Below are positions 46,001 through 50,247 of a stretch of DNA of 50,247 bases, piece after piece. Numbering within the stretch: the stretch's first letter is position 1; each line of letters opens with the position of its first letter. Below the pieces are notes generated by a model. That model had not been told where the DNA came from and did not search any database. It saw nothing but the letters and a program-made list of their open reading frames with translations. Source of the DNA: Minisyncoccota bacterium (GTDB taxonomy: Bacteria > Patescibacteriota > Microgenomatia > UBA1400 > UBA12028); contig JACRHV010000008.1 in assembly GCA_016211945.1 (NCBI GenBank), positions 1 to 50,247 on the forward strand. Reading direction: 5' to 3'. A program made the position numbers and the translations under genes.

Positions 46001-49000
46001 CAAACAGAGTAGAGTAGCGTGCACTACTTCCTTTACTCACCCGAAGCTCATCAATGATACCGTTAAAGTAAGCATAGGTACCGAAATATCCTGTCCAGTT
46101 ATCTCGTCCAACGGTGTATTGGTAACTGGTGCCATAGTTCATGGTGCCAAGCGTACAGTTGGTTTGATACCGTCCATTAATATACAGATACACAATATTG
46201 TTGTTGTAGGTAAACGCAACGTTTGTCCATTGGTTGGCAGGAATCACTTGGGATGTTGCACAGGAAGCAATACCAGCGTTGTACCGTCCCCAATACAGTT
46301 GTCCAGAAGCATTTAATGCAAAAATCCAATCTACAGTGTGGTTGACGATGGTTTGTGCGACATTATTCACATTGGGTTTAATCCACGCTGTCCCATTAAA
46401 GTAGTCTTGGTGATGGACCACACTTCCGGATGAAATGAGATAGTCAGATGATCCATTAAAGTTTCTGGCTTTCCCAATGTATCCATCGACTACCGTTGTT
46501 CCGGTGGGAGTCATATCATAGGTAGTAAGTCCTGCTCCACTATTCTTAATGTATGCTCCGGTTCCTGATACTTCTTCCATGTGGAGAAGCATGAAGTCTG
46601 TACTATCAATCTGTTGGGGTTGGAGCTGCACCCGCATACTTCCTGTTCCCTCGGTCTTAATGGTGGTCTCATTCCCTTTGTTGATGGAGTACGCTGTACT
46701 GGGCACAAAGCTCCAGTTTGCACTATCCGTATCCATGGACACCACCTGCGTCTCAGAGGTAGTTGGCTTCCATGCTTCCCAAGTACTGTTGTCGGCACTA
46801 CTTCTGGTCTCAAACTCGACGTTTCCGTAGGAGCCAAGAGATTCTGTCCAGGAGAGTGGCCCTAATGCGGTCGGTGTTTGTCCTATATCCATCACCTGAG
46901 AGGTTAATACTGCATAGGGATATCGTTGGGCATCTTGTTTTAACTCCAACGCGGTTCGTGCACGACCTGAGATGCGGAAGTCATCCAAGTATCCATTCAA
47001 TGCTGAACCAGTACCACTCATACGTGAAAGGTAGTTATTTCCACTAGTGGAGAGTGGCATGGTGTTTGTACGAATAACATTATTGGTTTCAACTCCATCC
47101 ATAAAGAGTCTCCAATACGATCCATCCCAAGTTGCAGCAATGTGATACCAACGATTTGCAACTAAAGTGGAAGATGTTCCTGTATAGACAGAACCGGCTC
47201 CAACCTTAAATACAAGTTGACCTGATGAGTTGATCTGCAAGTATGACTCATTCGTTCCATCAGATGAGCGGAAGATAGTTTGTGTTCCACTTATAGCATT
47301 GGTGTACACCCATGTTTCTACTGTACCTGTAGCCAACAACGGAAATGCTCCGGTAGGTGGTTTGAAGTAGTTTGTGTCTGAGCCAACAAATGAGTATGAA
47401 TTGAGTCTTTTAATTACAGTGCTATACGCAGGTGTTCCTACAGCAGTTAAGATCTGACCATATTTTGATGAATCATTCCCATTATTCTCAAATTTATACA
47501 ACGCAAGGGTAGTAATATCATTTGGAGTTTCAACCAATGACGACTGCACATACGCGGAACTTGTTGCCTCAATACGCTCGCGCGCTTTTGCGCTATTAAA
47601 GTCTCCAGCCACTTGATGAATGAAGCTAGATGAACTGGTTGAGATACGAACGTTGTAGTTTTCTGTATCGCGAATGTAACCACCACTTGAAGATGCTGCT
47701 TCAATACCAGTAGAGTCCATAAATCGGTCAGCAACACCTTTTTCAAAAAGGCGGAATGGGGTAGAGTTTGCTCGAATATCTTTGAATGCGTTGATAAAGA
47801 TGTTGGTGATGTCTGCTTGATTCACTCCACCTTCTGTGCTGCTTGAACTTATAATTGGTTGTGGACGGAAGATCATCTCAAGATATCCACTTCCAATGTT
47901 TGCGGTAGAGGACACCACGCCGAGCATGCCAGTATGTTGCGTTGAATCTGCAACACCTTTTCCAGATTGTGTTGCGGTGTACATGTAATCGCCAATGCCA
48001 ACGCCAGAAGTGTTCGTGACATTCACATTTACTTTTCCTGCAACAGCGACAAGACATGTTTCGTTCAAGTCACAGACACCGTCTGCATCAGTGTCGCCAC
48101 CGATCTCAACACCTTGAACAACACCAGCAAGTGCTTTGGTGTATGCAGAGGTTGTTGCATTAAAGCTTGTGGCGTTTGCTTGATCGAGCACAACGAGTGA
48201 GCGCGTTGTGACGCCATTTTGCCATTTATTGGTGAGCGGAATGGCAAATCCATTACCAGCAGTGATTGTTCCGGAAACGTAGAGATTTCCATTGGAATCG
48301 AGGTACATTTTCTCTGTACCACCGTTTTTGACAGAGAGAAGTTTAGTATTTGTTGCTGTTAACGAATTTGCTGAATCAAGCGTGTATGCAATGTTGTTGG
48401 CAGCATTGGTAATTCCGGAGGTAAACACACCCGCTTGACTTAAACTCATGATGTTTGTGCCATTAGACTGGAAGCGGAAGAAGTTTCCGCCCGTTCCAGT
48501 TTTGTTAATAAAGATAGAGTTGGAACTCGATTGCGAATCAGTATCAGCAGAAGATGGCCCAAGTGTTACGGTGCCTGCGTTGGTGTTAATTCCACCCGTA
48601 ATCACATCAAGGCGTAAGTTTTGGGTGATACCAGAGTTGTTATACAAACGAACCGCATTTGCTGAGTTGATCTGGATGTTGTAGCTTGTACTCGACGCGT
48701 CAACCTTATCCCATTTCAGCGTACTTGTGTTATACACCCATCCAGTAGCAACAACCTCGCTGGTGTTTTGACCATGAATGACTTCAAGATATCCACCGTT
48801 TACCACGCTTGGATTTGACCCTGTATACAACCCTGCCGCTGATGTTGTTGAGGTCTGTGTGTCATCCCATCGCATACCCATAGCGTACAGTTTTGCATCA
48901 TTGGTAAGGGTAGCCTTCCATCGCATTCCAGTTCCCGCAGATTGACTTGCAACACTTTGATTGCCAGAGTACATGTGAATGGAGCCGGTTTCAACACCTT

Positions 49001-50247
49001 GGTCTGTCATCGGCACCTCAACCCATTCCGCGCCATTGTTTCTACTAACGTAGTAGTTAATGGTTCCTGTTGCTCCCAAATCTGCCCATGATGCAAGGTA
49101 GGCTTTGAGTGGGGTAGTGAGCGTATTAAACACCTGAGACACCATGGTTCCAGTACTACTTCCACCTGGAACTTGATAGTTAAATGTGACCGCACTTATG
49201 TTTGGAGGTGTTTGCGCGGTGTCGTTGGTGGACAAGATTGAACGATATTGAATGTAACGCTGTGGTGTAGAGGTAACGGTTGAGCCAGGGGCTGTTGGTG
49301 TGGTCATATATGCGCCACCGTATCGAATGTTATCGATCCAAATATTGGAACCTTGGAATCCGTCCATAATACGGAAGCTTAATCGAGTAATGGCATTACG
49401 CTCACCGCTTGTGATACCGGTGAGATCAAACCATTGTGTTGACCATTTCAATACCATTGCATTGTTATCGTATCCACCTGGGGGGAAGGTTCCGCTCCAT
49501 CCTCCGGAGGTTAACGTAAACGTACTTGTACTTGGGCCAACGGTGGTTGCGGTGACTGTGTTTTGCGCGCGGTACTCAACGCCGTCTTTGTTTTCGTATA
49601 TAATAATGGTGTCACCAACGCCAACTTCACCAGAGATTTCTGTCACACTCAGCGATGTATTTGATGGACCAATAATGGTAGAACTTACTGGTCTTGCGGT
49701 AAATTTGTTTGTAAAAAGGAACTGGCGTTTGGTGATGTTGTATGCGGCGGTAATGTCTGCGGCAGGACGCGCAATGTTGGAGACGCGGACTTCGTCAATA
49801 ATACCGTCGGTGTAGAGGGTGCCGGTGGTAACGCGGCGACCAATTTGAGAGCCAGAAGAAATGCCTGTATTTAACGCTCCGCCAACAGATTGGGAAAGTA
49901 CCTGTGACCCGTTCACATAAATCTTGAGCCAGGTGCCGTCATATGTTGCCGCAACGTGATACCACGTGTCTGCGACTGGAACACTTGCGCTTGGATATGT
50001 TGTTCCGTTGATATCAATAAAGAATCCATCCGTTGAGTTTTGTGCAAGCGAGAATTCTTGGCCTGCAGCATTTGCACCATATGAGTAGATATATCTTGAT
50101 GTCGAGTTTACCGTCTTCGCCTTGTACCACGCCTCAATGGTTCTGGCTCCTGTCCCGGTGGGAAGAGAAGTAGTGCCCGTTGAGATATATCCTGTTGACC
50201 CATCAAATCCTCTACCTGCACCAATCTTTCCATGTGCAGTGGCATAA
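40005..50247 (-). CDS. giant (more than 3,413 aa, 5'-truncated by the window) surface protein: multiple LamG/concanavalin-like domains plus a tail-fibre-like C-terminal half
   Basis: The frame stays open from 49916 (a GTG, not a real start) to the window edge. There are at least 4 LamG-type units (W-Y-H-(V/I)-A-(A/F)-T-(Y/W)-D ... Y-(V/I)-N-G ... (I/V/L)-D-(E/D)-(V/L/F)-R-(V/I)-S), GNVGIGTTSP-x-x-KL-x-V repeats, a collar-like CPAGW...GQHNHGITDPGHTHS segment and two GDAITSS..PG.G.KA..GQIIG(K/R)A modules. Confidence 0.85.
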   Translation of the reverse strand, partial: YATAHGKIGAGRGFDGSTGYISTGTTSLPTGTGARTIEAWYKAKTVNSTSRYIYSYGANAAGQEFSLAQNSTDGFFIDINGTTYPSASVPVADTWYHVAATYDGTWLKIYVNGSQVLSQSVGGALNTGISSGSQIGRRVTTGTLYTDGIIDEVRVSNIARPAADITAAYNITKRQFLFTNKFTARPVSSTIIGPSNTSLSVTEISGEVGVGDTIIIYENKDGVEYRAQNTVTATTVGPSTSTFTLTSGGWSGTFPPGGYDNNAMVLKWSTQWFDLTGITSGERNAITRLSFRIMDGFQGSNIWIDNIRYGGAYMTTPTAPGSTVTSTPQRYIQYRSILSTNDTAQTPPNISAVTFNYQVPGGSSTGTMVSQVFNTLTTPLKAYLASWADLGATGTINYYVSRNNGAEWVEVPMTDQGVETGSIHMYSGNQSVASQSAGTGMRWKATLTNDAKLYAMGMRWDDTQTSTTSAAGLYTGSNPSVVNGGYLEVIHGQNTSEVVATGWVYNTSTLKWDKVDASSTSYNIQINSANAVRLYNNSGITQNLRLDVITGGINTNAGTVTLGPSSADTDSQSSSNSIFINKTGTGGNFFRFQSNGTNIMSLSQAGVFTSGITNAANNIAYTLDSANSLTATNTKLLSVKNGGTEKMYLDSNGNLYVSGTITAGNGFAIPLTNKWQNGVTTRSLVVLDQANATSFNATTSAYTKALAGVVQGVEIGGDTDADGVCDLNETCLVAVAGKVNVNVTNTSGVGIGDYMYTATQSGKGVADSTQHTGMLGVVSSTANIGSGYLEMIFRPQPIISSSSTEGGVNQADITNIFINAFKDIRANSTPFRLFEKGVADRFMDSTGIEAASSSGGYIRDTENYNVRISTSSSSFIHQVAGDFNSAKARERIEATSSAYVQSSLVETPNDITTLALYKFENNGNDSSKYGQILTAVGTPAYSTVIKRLNSYSFVGSDTNYFKPPTGAFPLLATGTVETWVYTNAISGTQTIFRSSDGTNESYLQINSSGQLVFKVGAGSVYTGTSSTLVANRWYHIAATWDGSYWRLFMDGVETNNVIRTNTMPLSTSGNNYLSRMSGTGSALNGYLDDFRISGRARTALELKQDAQRYPYAVLTSQVMDIGQTPTALGPLSWTESLGSYGNVEFETRSSADNSTWEAWKPTTSETQVVSMDTDSANWSFVPSTAYSINKGNETTIKTEGTGSMRVQLQPQQIDSTDFMLLHMEEVSGTGAYIKNSGAGLTTYDMTPTGTTVVDGYIGKARNFNGSSDYLISSGSVVHHQDYFNGTAWIKPNVNNVAQTIVNHTVDWIFALNASGQLYWGRYNAGIASCATSQVIPANQWTNVAFTYNNNIVYLYINGRYQTNCTLGTMNYGTSYQYTVGRDNWTGYFGTYAYFNGIIDELRVSKGSSARYSTLFEAEEGRAGRDTRIVRTFTAKDLSSATKFAFDIAADRPGTWLEATIGESDYDSYLCDANTISLWHLDEAEGTSASDIRDTCTGANHATLNGTTYATTHGKIGAGRGFDGSTGYLSTGTTSLPTGTGARTIEAWYKPGTVNATERYIYGYGTNIANQEFSIAQDNSKGFFVQLHGTTVNSSTIPTADTWYHVAATYDATNVRIYVNGEAKATASATLATGVGAGSHIGRRATTGTLYTDGVVDEVRVSNIARSGTDIAATYNITKRQYPITVDFPVSYPLLTTDSVGSGTTTVTVPDVTGRIYVDDKIVLMENVSGTEYLVQGTVNSVTVNGSTTTLGITSGSWTGTFPPGGFDGNSKLFKWQKQWLDVTGIPTAERNALTRFTFRVMDGYQGANIFIDDMRYGGDYLTIPGGSTVTSTNNRFVQYRAIQSVQSNEAAPPNINYVKFEYGTAGGTDPATVVSKSYDAVAAPTKAWLSALADVGTGTLTYSVSRNDGATWSTVSMTDQGLDTGTIHIYSGLADLSSQTPGTKMRWKVIITGNAKLYGLGMRWEDQVVGGGNGLYTNAATNVANNGYVEVNHGQGTSDLLATGWLYNASTTKWDKVDASNATYKIEVTDSNKVRFYNYSGSAQDMRLDVVVGGLRSDSGAVSLAPVDTPDVDANTNTSSIWINKTGTGGNFLRFQSNGTDKFKVDSGGQLQIGSFAAAPTALGLGSLYVNSTDNGLYYYNGTSWASFSNLWQVNSGAISPVTINQSLNLGATATASALVHLAGLAGENSFINTGYFGIGRTAPVVALDVNGSASISGSLTVLGSSPGYIKQLNGNDFIIQTSPGGNAGLTDRVTIKNNGNVGIGDSSPTYKLQVAGDIKLTSSGAIYFADGTSMSSAGLGSANNLANTTDAIVNADSDANASGALRLQVGGVDKLYIKNDGTVGIGTTSPSGPLEVYESAGGDDKLLVLSTGYAGGNTFSLNPFIYGVSNGGFEIRDVTNAVSRVVVQQNTGNVGIGTTSPATKLDVAGSATISGTFSLAPTFQAAAGTCNTAAAGKEYYDASQNAYYYCNGTSWGRVSIPETQGQIAAFASTCPAGWTEYTAARGRYIVGTPASGTIGATVGTALSNTENRPVGQHNHGITDPGHTHSINTSGAAGGANGGLAQGGPYTYNAINSSTTGVTINNEGSVAGTNAPYIQLTYCSKDAGSDLAEWIPASADVTQATIISVDPNNNERVIPSSKAYDPAILGVVSTKAGWLIGDKNEGSVQMALAGRVPTRVTLKNGEITRGDAITSSDIPGVGMKATQRGQIIGKALEPLTAQSSLSPCVVNGASTGDMCGEVLVFIGPSYFDPTDAIDTTSTTIVVSQDEQFVLSPITEVGHIVKINYHQEQDPSNTSQTISIGTISPVQRTTQDLQTMVGIISDNENVGAIIHRTRVNNATLAVRTLVTEGVTTVNIDPSSPSIQAGDAITISSTLPGHGTKAIQPGQIIGRAVESWDASQGETPLHVAINISYFDPAISFDGNGNVSSATFDIITARQVEADKLIAQEAQVNSLVADVIHTASVSAGLLTTNATDSAVALKLNATNIEIINTTSTHPEVVASFDNQGNASFSGEVVTKSVRAQKLQAALAEIESIKSLDAQISGNATISGTLYADNINAQSIFGLDDKISSAVQHAMDTATASGAITYTPPASTLELINSLIADNDASTSAYIAALNMKSGSHVADTEVIAPTAVLVNEFLSVQGLANFNYAEFSTGLTVNGSNQALTVTGNSISLASTANSNESLQSTTLYIQPSGSGSLSLLGNRMILSDSGDVSINGNLYVNGSIYTQDIQTESISIGLTSLIGSTDATVSAAFADAIVTDSAALTLAPGISNRSRLLALYNNRGELVSEITASGSAMFQSLTTKLVTIAAPKYATDSANATESATLAIQAKANASAGTATIPAGTTEVLVTSTQVAPNTLIYLTPLSNTQNQVLYVKQKSDGLGFTVAVNQPLTTNIQFNYWIIKME
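43930..45727 (-). repeat. internal 1.8-kb module, copy B (LamG end plus following beta-rich module)
   Basis: Colinear with 48440-50247 at the protein level (RRATTGTLYTDGVVDEVRVSNIAR...WINKTGTGGNFLRFQSNGT versus RRVTTGTLYTDGIIDEVRVSNIAR...FINKTGTGGNFFRFQSNGT). There are identical nucleotide runs, such as ccggtgggaagagaagtagtgcccgttgaga. Confidence 0.8.
48440..50247 (-). repeat. internal 1.8-kb module, copy A (extends past the window edge)
   Basis: See copy B. Confidence 0.8.

Noticed and set aside
40005-50247. Prophage interpretation of the tail-fibre-like giant gene
   Set aside because: No capsid, portal, terminase, baseplate, lysis or integrase genes are visible within the 17 kb on its 3' side. 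The neighbours are pilins and cellular surface proteins. The 5' side lies outside the window, so this cannot be fully excluded.

Overview
This 50.2-kb chromosomal segment reads like a small-genome, CPR/Patescibacteria-type bacterium. That assignment is an inference from gene content; the code is standard and UGA acts as a stop.

Left third: housekeeping and redox genes (pth, an MFS transporter, lgt, DUF192, a CsoR-like regulator with trxA-trxB, gdh, a DsbA-like protein). It also holds a 7TM / ATP-grasp-retropepsin / DUF1704 (MATCAP-like) peptide-tailing cluster, mnmA and a degenerate GGDEF-like gene.

Middle: a dispersed rRNA locus in the order 16S, two small ORFs, tRNA-Ile, four protein genes, tRNA-Ala, one small ORF, 23S, 5S. 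The 16S carries a 257-nt ORF-less group I intron that splits the 1492R primer site. The 23S carries two group I introns, each encoding a single-motif LAGLIDADG endonuclease. After the locus come rpsA, radA, rho (long leader, low-complexity N-terminus), a LysM-M23 peptidase, obg and two more tRNA-Ala genes.

Right third: a cell-surface island. It contains three type IV pilin-like genes, a Wzy_C/TPR membrane protein, a secreted protein, a 12-residue-repeat protein, an AAA ATPase and a LamG/tail-fibre-like giant protein of more than 3,400 aa that runs off the window.

A recurrent TGnTAnnAT extended -10 box sits 6-10 nt upstream of many start codons, which suggests leaderless mRNAs. No CRISPR array was seen, and the only transposon trace is an IS30-type gene tail at the left edge.
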